Below, one piece after another: positions 15,810 through 24,000 of a stretch of 24,000 bases of DNA; the stretch's first letter is position 1, and every line of letters starts with the position of its first letter. The notes beneath the pieces are model-generated. The model was not told the origin of the DNA and ran no database searches. It worked only from the letters and a program-made list of their open reading frames with translations. The stretch is from Aestuariimicrobium soli. Lineage in GTDB: Bacteria; Actinomycetota; Actinomycetes; Propionibacteriales; Propionibacteriaceae. The DNA lies in assembly GCF_051192575.1 (NCBI RefSeq), contig NZ_JBPJSQ010000002.1, positions 68,029-92,028 on the forward strand. The letters are read 5' to 3'. The translations under genes and the position numbers were made by a program.

Positions 15810-18800
15810 TCAACCGAGCGCTGAGCCGAGCCCCACACCCAGCGAACTGAGCAGGGCTGCGGCTGCCCCGCGGGAGAGAATCTCGTGGTCTCGCTGGTTC
15901 CGGTAACCCCGCAGGCATCCGTAGCAGGATGTCTCCGGCCCACAGTCGCACGTCGTGACCCGCCGTAGGGCCGCCTCGAGAACATCCTCCAGCCTCTCCT
16001 CGATCCGCAGCACGTTCCCACCACCGCCTGGAACCGTGTCGAAGAGCACCAACGACCTGGTGACAGGCCCCGTGGGCGACAAGGTCCCCCCGATGTCGTC
16101 TCGGGAGATCTGCAAGGTGTCCGACGCTGCCTCGAGCAAAGCGTAGAGCACGGACTTCCAGACGGCTTCCTCCCGAAAGATCTGGTTAGGCCTGACGTCC
16201 AGCCAGAGAAGGTCAGTCTCGTATGGATGAGCGAGGTCGACCAGATCCAAGGGGCCTGTGCAGTCGTGCCCCGCCCGGAGGAGGTGCTGATGCTTGGTCG
16301 GACGTCGAGTCCCGACGTTGGTCAGGGCCGTGCCCCAGCCGCACCACCGACAGACCAAGTAGCCACTCTCTGAAGGCCCATCGGCGATGGAGATGAGGCG
16401 ACCCCTGGGACCCACAAACGCCTCGATGCTCCCGCCGGGGAGTTCGAACGAACGTGAGCGGGAGACATCCGAGAGCTTGACCACGTGCGTGGCGCCCCCC
16501 CAAGCTCCGCGTGGGGGCCGGGAGCCGGGTCGCTTCGGGTCGGGCGCCGCCACGAAGCCGAACTCGGGGATGATCAGCGTCCGTGCGGCCGCGGCAGCCA
16601 CGTCGCCGCACGTAGGACACTGCGGCTCGACGTCGCCGAAGGATTCCCAGTACTGACCGCACCGCCGACAGACCCGGTAGTTCAGCCCGACGAGCTCCTT
16701 TCCCGGGAGTCGGTAGATGCCGCGAGACATCCACTCCAAGCCCCCCGCGACCAACGACGCGTCCGGGGCGTACTCGTGGATCGCTTGCGACAGGTCACGC
16801 GACAGGTCGAGCTTGGCCCCGAGGAAGTGCTCGGCAGCGCTGAAGTCAGTCCGGAGTTCCACCGAATCGACCGGGAAGCCGTACTTGGGAATCACGTTGT
16901 GGTTCGCGAGGTGGCCCAGGAGGTCCCGGCCGCGGAGCGTCTTCAGGACGCCCTCGTACCGGTCGGCCAGAAGGAAGTTCCGCGCGGCCACCGCCTCGTC
17001 CTGGATACCACGCAGGGTCGAGACGTCCGCAGCGAGCCCCTGCCGCACTTCCTCCAGCAGATCTAGCAGCACCGGCACCCATTCGCCGGAGTCGACTCCG
17101 ATGGCCTTCTGGACTCCCACCGGCAGAACGCGACGCAGCGAGGTCTGGACTTCAGCAGGCACGGGGTTCAGGAAGGTGCGGACGGCCGCGACCGGCGGCT
17201 CATCCACCCCGTCACCGATGAAGAACTCGCCTGCCTTCCTGGAGATGCCGTGGAGGCTTTCCAAGTACCAGCGGAAAAACGCCGCCAGCGCTACGGAGTG
17301 GGCGTGTCGCCTGTCGATGCGGTCATTGTCGAGAGGCACGTAGGGAGCCGGGATGCGACCCGCCATCATCGCTTCCGGAGCTGCGTACTGGGTCAGGTCG
17401 TGCGACCGTCGCTGTGCGTACGTGACCACGAGGGCAGCAGCGCCCGCACGACGGCCGGCTCGCCCAGCACGCTGGACGTAGTTTGCTGTGGTGGGCGGCA
17501 TGTTCCGCAACATCACCGACTGCAGCTCGCCCACGTCGACCCCCAGTTCGAACGTGGTCGAGCACGACAGTGCGTTGATCTCGCCCCGGATGAAGTCCTG
17601 CTGAATGCGAGCCGCCTCAGTGTTGCGCCACTGCGCGGTGTGCTCACGTGCCGTCAAAGGGACTGGGAGCATCGACCGGTAGATGGCCCGGTAGTGATCG
17701 CGGTCTTCGTCCGCCGGCGGGGGAACGAGAGTGTGTAACTCCCCCGGGCACCCCAACGCCGGGCAGACTCCCGCCACCGACACCGGAGCCACGCGCTGGC
17801 ACGTCGAGCATTGATGGACGGGTGTGCTTGCATCGACGAGCGCGAACCGGAGCATGCGGTGATCGACCTGGCTGACGGCACCCAACCCCTTTGGGGTACT
17901 GGTGACCAACCAGTCGACCTCGGTTCCCGGGTCGGTGAGGAAGCGCCAGACACCGTTGAGCACCCCGACGGGGTCGGTGTCGCTACCCATCGCCGCCAGC
18001 ACGCGGTTCACGTAGTCGACACGCCGGTTGCTTCCGCGCCCAGGGAGCCATGAGAGCACCTTTCGCTTCGGCTCCGGCCCGCTGAGGCGCGCGTAGATGG
18101 GCCCCAGTCGCGGGGCGAAGATCTCATGGTTGGGGGGGACGTCGTCCGGCATCGTCACCGCGCCTTGGAGCCTCAACGTCCTGACCAGCTCCGCGACGAA
18201 GTCCCAAGCCTGTTCGGTCGTGAGGCCCAGGCGCAGGAGTGGCTCCGGGAGCTTCCACCCGGGCTCGCGCCGCAGGGTGACGCGGACCAATCCGACCCCC
18301 TCGAGCGACTGGCGATCGTCCATGCTCGCAGCTTCGGCCATGATCCACGGAGCGATCATCCTCTCCTGCCCCGCCGCAGACATGCCAGGACTGAACACCT
18401 GCACCGCATCCGCGCTCCGCCGAACGTGGTACCGGGCGTCAGCGACGTTCACCCCAGAGGTGGCGGCACCAGCCGACTCCAGCCCTTGAATGATCAGACG
18501 TCGGCGCTGAAGCCGACCGTACGAATCCTCCAAGTACGGCGCGAAGTAGGCAGCCGCCTGCCGGCTGTCGCTGAACATCAGCAGCTTGCGTCCTTCGCCG
18601 GGCCGAGCGACGTCCCGAGGGTCCTCGCTGGCGGGGAGACTCTGGTACAGAGAGGTCGTGATGACCGCGCCAGCGGCGTCCGCGCCCGTCTCGAAGGCAC
18701 GGACGGTGCCGGCTCCCCGGGCGCCACACACCAGACAACCGACGAGCTCCTGGCCACGCTGCTTGAGCTTGCGAACACGCCGGAGCGTCGAGCTGCCGCA

Positions 18801-20495
18801 ACCGGGGTCAGCGCAGCAGGTGGCATCGGCCGTGGTGAGCACGCCGCACTGGGTGCACAGCTTGCCCTCAGCGCCGTTCACGGCGCCGCCGTCTTCTGCC
18901 AAAGCCTCCTCATCCTCGTCGACCCGATCCAGACCGTCATCAAGCACCAGCCACGACGTCGGGGCGTCCGCCTTGCGGGGCGCGAGGCGCAGACGCCTGT
19001 CGCGCGACTCAAGGACGCCCAGCAGGTGAACCGCGCCGCACCGCTTGCAGGCCCCCACCTCGAAAACTGGGGCAGCGCAGTCACGGCACAGCTCGTGTCG
19101 AGCGAGATGCACGTGGGGGCCAGACGGAGAGAGGCAGGTGAACGCTCCCTCCGTGGCGCGCAGGAAGAGGTGGTACCGGGACGAAAGAGCGGACGACCCG
19201 TCAGGCCCTCTCAGCGCGCTGGCGACAGCCACCAGCGCGACGAGCCCCTCCTGCCGACGGGGGTCGTCTGGGAAGACCCGTGCCGGCAGGGCGTCGAAGG
19301 GCTGTGGTCCGACGCTCAGCAGCCGCTTGAGCTGAACGAGACTGCCCTCGTGGGCCAGGGCAGAGCGAGCATCCGGTGCCGTGAAGTCGTGGCTGCGAGC
19401 CAGCGCTACAACCTCGTCGTCCACGGCAGTGCTCTGCGCCAGCCGAAGATAGTCCTCGGCAGTCAACGGGCCCCACGTCGGCCCGGTCGGAGTCTGGCGG
19501 CGCTCGGCTGTGATCAAGTCCTGCCGCGCGGAGTCGTCGTGCACCCACTCGAAGGGCACTCCGAAGAGACGGGACGCGAACTCGGTGACCGACGACGGAT
19601 CGGTGTCGGCGCCCACAGTGGCCGAGGTGGCGATGCACTGCAGCGGCCGGTCAGGTGCCACGCGATCCCTCAGGCGACGCACGAGCATGGCGATTTCGGC
19701 GCCCTGGGTTCCGTCGTAGACGTGGGCCTCATCGATCACCAGGAAGCGCCAGGTGGCGTCGCCGTCGCTGGGGAACAGGCCCATGTCCTGCGGGCGGAGG
19801 AGCAGGTACTCCAGCATCGCGTAGTTGGTCAGCAGCAGATGGGGCGGCGTCTTGCGCATCTCCTGACGACTGAGCAACTCGTTGCTCAGGAGGCGTTCAC
19901 CAGGGTTGAGCTCTTCGAAACGCTCGCTCGCGCGACGCGGGTCGTCCTCGGTGTCTCCGGTGTAGCGACCGAAGGTGATGTGCGGAGTGTCGGCGAGCAT
20001 GGCCCGGAGCCTCTTCATCTGGTCATTGGCCAAGGCGTTCATCGGGTAGAGGAGCAATGCTCGCACGCCAGGACCCAAGGCGCCCCGCTCGTTCTCGGCG
20101 GCCAAACTGTCCAGAATCGGCATGAGGAATGACTCGGTCTTCCCGGACCCCGTACCGGTGGCCACCACGACGTTGCGGCCATCCCTGACCTTCCGGATGG
20201 CGGCCTCCTGATGCCGGTACAGCGGCCGGTCGAGCGGAAGCGCCGGGCTGGCCAAACCTGCGAAGCCGGCGGACAGCAACCCAGAGTCAATGAGCTCGCG
20301 GATGCTGGACCCGGTCGCGTAGGGCGGAGTGGCCTCCAGATAGGGCCCTTTGTCGAGAGATGGCGAGGTGTCAATGGCGCTCGCCAGCGCTGCGGCGATC
20401 TTCGGGTCACGAGCGGCGATGAGCGAGCCCAGATACCTGCGGTAGGACGCCTTGATCTCCGCAGAGGTCCTCACCGGGTCGGAGTGCTCGGTCAT
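15810..20495 (-). CDS. Giant SF2 DEAH-box helicase fused to a C-terminal DUF1998/MrfA-type Zn-binding domain (DruE-like, 1561 aa)
   Basis: ORF 15810..21335 trimmed to ATG 20495 (MTEHSDPVRTSAEIKASYRRYLG). This start forms an ATGA overlap with the upstream stop, and the 280 residues before it are R/P/G-rich and overlap the upstream gene. Motif I is ATGTGSGKT (20139-20162), II is VIDEAH (19722-19739), III is SAT (19617-19625) and VI is QRAGRAGRR (17448-17474). RecA2 onset is KLLMFSDSRQAAAYF (about 18543-18587). The C-terminal Cys cluster is TCDCGPETSCYGCLRGYRNQRDH (Cys codons 15915-15950). Confidence 0.85.
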   Translation of the reverse strand: MTEHSDPVRTSAEIKASYRRYLGSLIAARDPKIAAALASAIDTSPSLDKGPYLEATPPYATGSSIRELIDSGLLSAGFAGLASPALPLDRPLYRHQEAAIRKVRDGRNVVVATGTGSGKTESFLMPILDSLAAENERGALGPGVRALLLYPMNALANDQMKRLRAMLADTPHITFGRYTGDTEDDPRRASERFEELNPGERLLSNELLSRQEMRKTPPHLLLTNYAMLEYLLLRPQDMGLFPSDGDATWRFLVIDEAHVYDGTQGAEIAMLVRRLRDRVAPDRPLQCIATSATVGADTDPSSVTEFASRLFGVPFEWVHDDSARQDLITAERRQTPTGPTWGPLTAEDYLRLAQSTAVDDEVVALARSHDFTAPDARSALAHEGSLVQLKRLLSVGPQPFDALPARVFPDDPRRQEGLVALVAVASALRGPDGSSALSSRYHLFLRATEGAFTCLSPSGPHVHLARHELCRDCAAPVFEVGACKRCGAVHLLGVLESRDRRLRLAPRKADAPTSWLVLDDGLDRVDEDEEALAEDGGAVNGAEGKLCTQCGVLTTADATCCADPGCGSSTLRRVRKLKQRGQELVGCLVCGARGAGTVRAFETGADAAGAVITTSLYQSLPASEDPRDVARPGEGRKLLMFSDSRQAAAYFAPYLEDSYGRLQRRRLIIQGLESAGAATSGVNVADARYHVRRSADAVQVFSPGMSAAGQERMIAPWIMAEAASMDDRQSLEGVGLVRVTLRREPGWKLPEPLLRLGLTTEQAWDFVAELVRTLRLQGAVTMPDDVPPNHEIFAPRLGPIYARLSGPEPKRKVLSWLPGRGSNRRVDYVNRVLAAMGSDTDPVGVLNGVWRFLTDPGTEVDWLVTSTPKGLGAVSQVDHRMLRFALVDASTPVHQCSTCQRVAPVSVAGVCPALGCPGELHTLVPPPADEDRDHYRAIYRSMLPVPLTAREHTAQWRNTEAARIQQDFIRGEINALSCSTTFELGVDVGELQSVMLRNMPPTTANYVQRAGRAGRRAGAAALVVTYAQRRSHDLTQYAAPEAMMAGRIPAPYVPLDNDRIDRRHAHSVALAAFFRWYLESLHGISRKAGEFFIGDGVDEPPVAAVRTFLNPVPAEVQTSLRRVLPVGVQKAIGVDSGEWVPVLLDLLEEVRQGLAADVSTLRGIQDEAVAARNFLLADRYEGVLKTLRGRDLLGHLANHNVIPKYGFPVDSVELRTDFSAAEHFLGAKLDLSRDLSQAIHEYAPDASLVAGGLEWMSRGIYRLPGKELVGLNYRVCRRCGQYWESFGDVEPQCPTCGDVAAAAARTLIIPEFGFVAAPDPKRPGSRPPRGAWGGATHVVKLSDVSRSRSFELPGGSIEAFVGPRGRLISIADGPSESGYLVCRWCGWGTALTNVGTRRPTKHQHLLRAGHDCTGPLDLVDLAHPYETDLLWLDVRPNQIFREEAVWKSVLYALLEAASDTLQISRDDIGGTLSPTGPVTRSLVLFDTVPGGGGNVLRIEERLEDVLEAALRRVTTCDCGPETSCYGCLRGYRNQRDHEILSRGAAAALLSSLGVGLGSALG

Positions 20496-23400
20496 TTGTC
20501 CTCCTGGCTCGCGCTCGACTGCTCCGCAGCCTGCAGCAGTTCGGCCACAATCAGGTCGATCGTGACGAGGTCGGGCGCGATGCGCGCCAGATCGGCCCAG
20601 AGTCGCCCTTGCTGTGCCACCAGCTGGCGCGCCTGGGCATCGCCGCGCGCGACGCGCCGTGCCATCCAGGCGAGGCTCAGGGACAGGGCCGGATAGCACC
20701 GCCACCCATCTGACCGGGTGGGATGGCATCGGGCTGCGACGGCGTCGACACCTGCCAAGTCCCCCACGGACTTGAGGTAGGCGCGGAGCAGCTGGAGGCA
20801 CCGGGGGCCGTTTTCCTGGAGCCCCGCAGATGCGTCGCGCCGTCGATCCAGCAGGTTCAGAGACGCCTGCACTCGCGTGTCGCCATCGACAAGGCCTTGG
20901 GGAACCAGCCTCAACTGATTCCGGAAGTCCAGTTGCGCGGTCGAGCCAAGCGCCAGATACCGATCGGCCGCTGTGTCGAAACGGCCCAGACCTGGCCACG
21001 GGTCGTTCCCACGCAGGAGGCTGTCCACACCGTCTCCGCACACCACCCGGGCGTTGGCAGCAGTGTCCAAACCCCGCCTGACATCGTCCACCAGTCCTGG
21101 AGCGGTCAGGAGTGCCGCTGGTAACGCTCCTGCGCGGGTCCACGCCACGCTGCCCCGAGACGGCAACGCCGTCGGCGTCCATGCGAGCCCGGAACGGATG
21201 ATCGCCTCGGGCACGCGGTCGGCTTCGATGCCGCTCGAGTCCAAGGCGAGGAGTGAGGAGACAGGATCCTGGGTGAGCACGTTGCGGCAGGCCTTCCCCA
21301 CCTCGGCGAGGCGCTCGCCCATCAGCCCGAGCCACGGCAGCCGGCCAGTGACCGCCCAGACCCTCGACAGGTCAGCAATATCGGCGGGGAGTGGCCCCGC
21401 GCCTGCCAGCCACCGGGAGAGCGATGTCTCCTCGGCGTCCTCGCTCGAAAGCCAACCCGGCGCACTGAGCAGCCAGGCCTTCTGAGGGGCCGGCCATGCC
21501 GGAACCGATGCCGGAGCCCACGGATCATCGACCCGGACGGTCACGACGACGGGTCCCGCGTCGCGCAGCTCTTCAGGGAGCTCGACCTGTCCATGCCGGA
21601 CCTCGAGTCGCGTCCCGCCTCGCCAAGGTGCGACCACGGGGTACACCAGCGCGACGAGTCCCTCCACGTCGACGCTGTCGACGAGCTCGAGGATGTCACC
21701 GGTCAGCTTCACTTCCGAGTACAGCCTTCGCGGGCTCACCTGACTCACGACGAGGAGGCCTGCTTCGTCGAGTGACAGTCGTGCGCGGGGGTGAGCTGCC
21801 AGCGTGTCGCCCACCTGAGCAAGGTTGAATCGATAGACGCCGTCGCGGCTGCGGCCGAAGGTCACAAGCTCCTGGACGCAACGGTCACCCACTAGGACGT
21901 GCAGGGTTGGATCACCCACCGCGTCCAGGTCGATCGTCAGCGTCCCGCCCAGCTCACGAAGGTCCTCGGCATACAGCGGTACCGGCCGGACGCCCGCCGT
22001 CGTGGAGCGTTCACTCGACTGGTAGGACATCGACATGTGAGGAGGTCGCACTACGGCTCGAAGAACCGTGTGGTGCGCGGTCAGTGTCACCTGCTGCTCT
22101 GTCTCGTGCCCCGCGAGCTCGAACGACGACTGCTCGGCCTCGACGCCAGGAGGGAGGCTGAGACGGATCGTCGCGGGCACCAGCCCATCGGGGGCGATCC
22201 GACGCCACGGGGGCTGAGACGCCATGCGCACTCCCTCGGCCAGCACCAGGTCGCGAGAGATCCCTCGCCCCCAAGGGCCGCGCACCCGGATTCGGTACGT
22301 GCCCAACAACGGTCGAGGAACGCCCGACCACAGTCCTTCGCGGAGGTCGTCGCCGGCGTGAAGCATGCGGTTGTCAACGAGCACCCGCCCGCCAGCATCA
22401 GTGATCGTCAGGGACCAGCTGCTGTCAGTGCTAGCAGCGGATGGCAGCTCGATCTGGGGAACCTGCCCAAAGACTGGCCCGCCGCGGTGCAGGAGGCCCT
22501 GGATCGGTTCCCCGGCGGCGATCCGCACGGACGAAACCCTGCGCACACTGCGTGGACGCTCGCATCTGGAGGACCTGACCATGCTGGCGCCCCGGAGGTC
22601 GAGGAGTCGCAGGGTCCAGCCGCTCCAGCCCGGGGGAAGTGCGCCCTCGGCCAGGACCACTGCCTCGCCGACAACCACTAGGTCATCAGGGCCGCCCGGA
22701 AAGAGCAACCACACCGGAAAGCCCGGAAGAGGCAACCCCGGGAGGAGCTGCCGGCCCTCCTCGGAGAATGCGAGGAGGGGGTCCTTGTCGTCGACGACCG
22801 GCACGGTCATCGTGAGGTCGGGGCGCCGTTGGAGGGCAGCCGTCACTGCTCGGACTGGACCGATGACTGGCACATCCGTCGGCGGGGCCGGCTCTCCCGG
22901 CCAGGCCGCCTCGCTGTGCACGTGTTCCGACTGGGTGCCGACCGTCACCGTCCACGTTGCCTGGCCGACCTCGTCCACGGGCGGCAGTCTCAGGAGTGGC
23001 CCGCGACCATAGGGATCGAGCACCAAGCCTGGCCGCTCTGCCTCGTGTCCGTCGGAGTGGCCCCTTGGCCGCCTCTCGCTGATCCCACCAGCCTGTCGAA
23101 GGGCCACAGCGGCGACGCGGAACCTGTCCGGCAACGGCACTTCCTCGCCCGTACCACCGGCCGCGACCACGTCGAGCAGCTCAAACACGCGGTCGCTGAC
23201 GTCGATGGCGAAGTCGCCGCCGTAGCGCAGGAACCGCTCGACAGGCTTGTCGATGTTGAACAACTTTCCCTCGGCGGCCTTGCTGGCCGCCCACGCCACG
23301 AACTCGTCAGGCGTGATCCCCTCGTCTCGGCTGCGGCGTTCACCGACGAGTTTGAAGTAGTCCGCAAGGCAGTGGGTGGGAATCCCCGAATGCATGAGGA

Positions 23401-23980
23401 TCGGGCCGACGAATCGGGCTCCAGAATCCTCAATCTCGCCGAAGTCCGGAAGTCCCAGCGCTCGCAGGTTCTCCAAGAAGGCAGTTCCCCACTCCTGCTG
23501 GAAGCTCTGATCCCCACGGATCCCAAGCATGCCCGTCAACTTGGGCCAGAACGTGCCGTGAGAGTAGTGGTGGGTGGCGATGCTCACTGTCGACATCACG
23601 TGAACCGCTGGCCAGCGGCGCAACAACCAGCTGCGATCCCGCCCTCGTGCCGCAAGGAACTTACCTCCCAGTACCTCGAGGGCCTGTTCGGCGTGTTCGG
23701 CCTTGGCCAGATCCTCGGCGACCAGCGACACGACGCCCAGGCGCCGTCCCCACCCTTCCTGTCTCAGGCGTAGTAGCTCATTAGGGGTGACGACCCTTTC
23801 CTGCGTGTCCGCAGATCCCACGGTCAATGCACCCCCAATTCGCGCGGCGCGACGATGCGCCGATGTCGCTCTCAACGGTATCAACATAGACCGTTTGGCG
23901 GTTCGCACCGCCACCAGCCTGTACCTCACGTCGTGGTCGGAATCGGGGGCAGCCACCATTTCCTCCCGCAGACCGGTCAC
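20492..23980 (-). CDS. Large (about 1155-1162 aa) protein of unknown function, translationally coupled to the helicase; candidate DruH-like partner
   Basis: Single uninterrupted minus-strand ORF with protein-like composition throughout, e.g. HHYSHGTFWPKLTGMLGIRGDQSFQQEWGTAFLENLRALGLPDFGEIEDSGARFVGPILMHSGIPTHCLADYFKLVGERR. I recognise no catalytic or nucleotide-binding motif. The start is ambiguous: GTG 23980 sits 3 nt after an in-frame TGA, and ATG 23959 is preceded by GGGAGG with only a 2-nt spacer. Confidence 0.75.
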   Translation of the reverse strand: MTGLREEMVAAPDSDHDVRYRLVAVRTAKRSMLIPLRATSAHRRAARIGGALTVGSADTQERVVTPNELLRLRQEGWGRRLGVVSLVAEDLAKAEHAEQALEVLGGKFLAARGRDRSWLLRRWPAVHVMSTVSIATHHYSHGTFWPKLTGMLGIRGDQSFQQEWGTAFLENLRALGLPDFGEIEDSGARFVGPILMHSGIPTHCLADYFKLVGERRSRDEGITPDEFVAWAASKAAEGKLFNIDKPVERFLRYGGDFAIDVSDRVFELLDVVAAGGTGEEVPLPDRFRVAAVALRQAGGISERRPRGHSDGHEAERPGLVLDPYGRGPLLRLPPVDEVGQATWTVTVGTQSEHVHSEAAWPGEPAPPTDVPVIGPVRAVTAALQRRPDLTMTVPVVDDKDPLLAFSEEGRQLLPGLPLPGFPVWLLFPGGPDDLVVVGEAVVLAEGALPPGWSGWTLRLLDLRGASMVRSSRCERPRSVRRVSSVRIAAGEPIQGLLHRGGPVFGQVPQIELPSAASTDSSWSLTITDAGGRVLVDNRMLHAGDDLREGLWSGVPRPLLGTYRIRVRGPWGRGISRDLVLAEGVRMASQPPWRRIAPDGLVPATIRLSLPPGVEAEQSSFELAGHETEQQVTLTAHHTVLRAVVRPPHMSMSYQSSERSTTAGVRPVPLYAEDLRELGGTLTIDLDAVGDPTLHVLVGDRCVQELVTFGRSRDGVYRFNLAQVGDTLAAHPRARLSLDEAGLLVVSQVSPRRLYSEVKLTGDILELVDSVDVEGLVALVYPVVAPWRGGTRLEVRHGQVELPEELRDAGPVVVTVRVDDPWAPASVPAWPAPQKAWLLSAPGWLSSEDAEETSLSRWLAGAGPLPADIADLSRVWAVTGRLPWLGLMGERLAEVGKACRNVLTQDPVSSLLALDSSGIEADRVPEAIIRSGLAWTPTALPSRGSVAWTRAGALPAALLTAPGLVDDVRRGLDTAANARVVCGDGVDSLLRGNDPWPGLGRFDTAADRYLALGSTAQLDFRNQLRLVPQGLVDGDTRVQASLNLLDRRRDASAGLQENGPRCLQLLRAYLKSVGDLAGVDAVAARCHPTRSDGWRCYPALSLSLAWMARRVARGDAQARQLVAQQGRLWADLARIAPDLVTIDLIVAELLQAAEQSSASQEDK

Positions 23981-24000
23981 TGATCATGGAGCACCGTTAC

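Noticed and set aside
18126-20132. 668-aa plus-strand ORF
   Set aside because: Antisense to the helicase gene. It has R/G/A/P-rich composition and no motifs.
20496-21335. N-terminal 280-aa extension of the 1841-aa ORF
   Set aside because: R/P/G-rich and overlaps the 3' end of the 1162-aa gene in another frame. The helicase-like sequence begins only at ATG 20495, which forms an ATGA junction with the upstream stop.
15810-23980. Alternative readings of the helicase pair as DISARM (DrmA/DrmB) or as the MrfA/MrfB repair module
   Set aside because: DISARM has helicase and DUF1998 as separate genes, plus a PLD nuclease, SNF2 or methyltransferase genes, none of which is seen here. MrfA is about half the size and pairs with a small exonuclease, not a 1162-aa protein. 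Neither reading can be formally excluded without profile searches.
1-24000. Search for CRISPR arrays, tRNA/rRNA genes, transposases, integrases or terminal inverted repeats flanking the island
   Set aside because: No regularly spaced repeats, no tRNA-like T-loop or acceptor structures, and no transposase- or integrase-like translation in any listed ORF. A by-eye scan can miss short or degenerate elements.

Overview
High-GC, actinobacterial-type chromosomal window with densely packed genes, many joined by ATGA/GTGA start-stop overlaps. The left ~14.4 kb is ordinary. It holds a DinB-like gene end, a YcaQ/AlkZ-type glycosylase, a frameshifted seven-repeat RCC1-like propeller gene and a 2-hydroxyacid dehydrogenase. 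It also holds a carboxylesterase, a PadR-quinone oxidoreductase pair and a four-gene OpuC-type osmoprotectant ABC transporter. The remaining genes there are a small P-loop protein, a P-type cation ATPase, CoaBC and an NRDE-family protein. The right ~9.5 kb (14474-24000) uses visibly different codons and is the interesting part. A PD-(D/E)xK-family gene converges on a minus-strand operon. In that operon a 1162-aa protein with no motif I can recognise is translationally coupled to a 1561-aa DEAH helicase. The helicase ends in a DUF1998/MrfA-type zinc-binding domain. That fusion is the hallmark of Druantia DruE, so the best reading is a Druantia type III-like (DruH-DruE) defence module or an undescribed variant of it. 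The operon may continue past the window edge. I saw no tRNA, rRNA, CRISPR array, transposase or integrase. Family assignments come from reading motifs in the translations, not from database searches.
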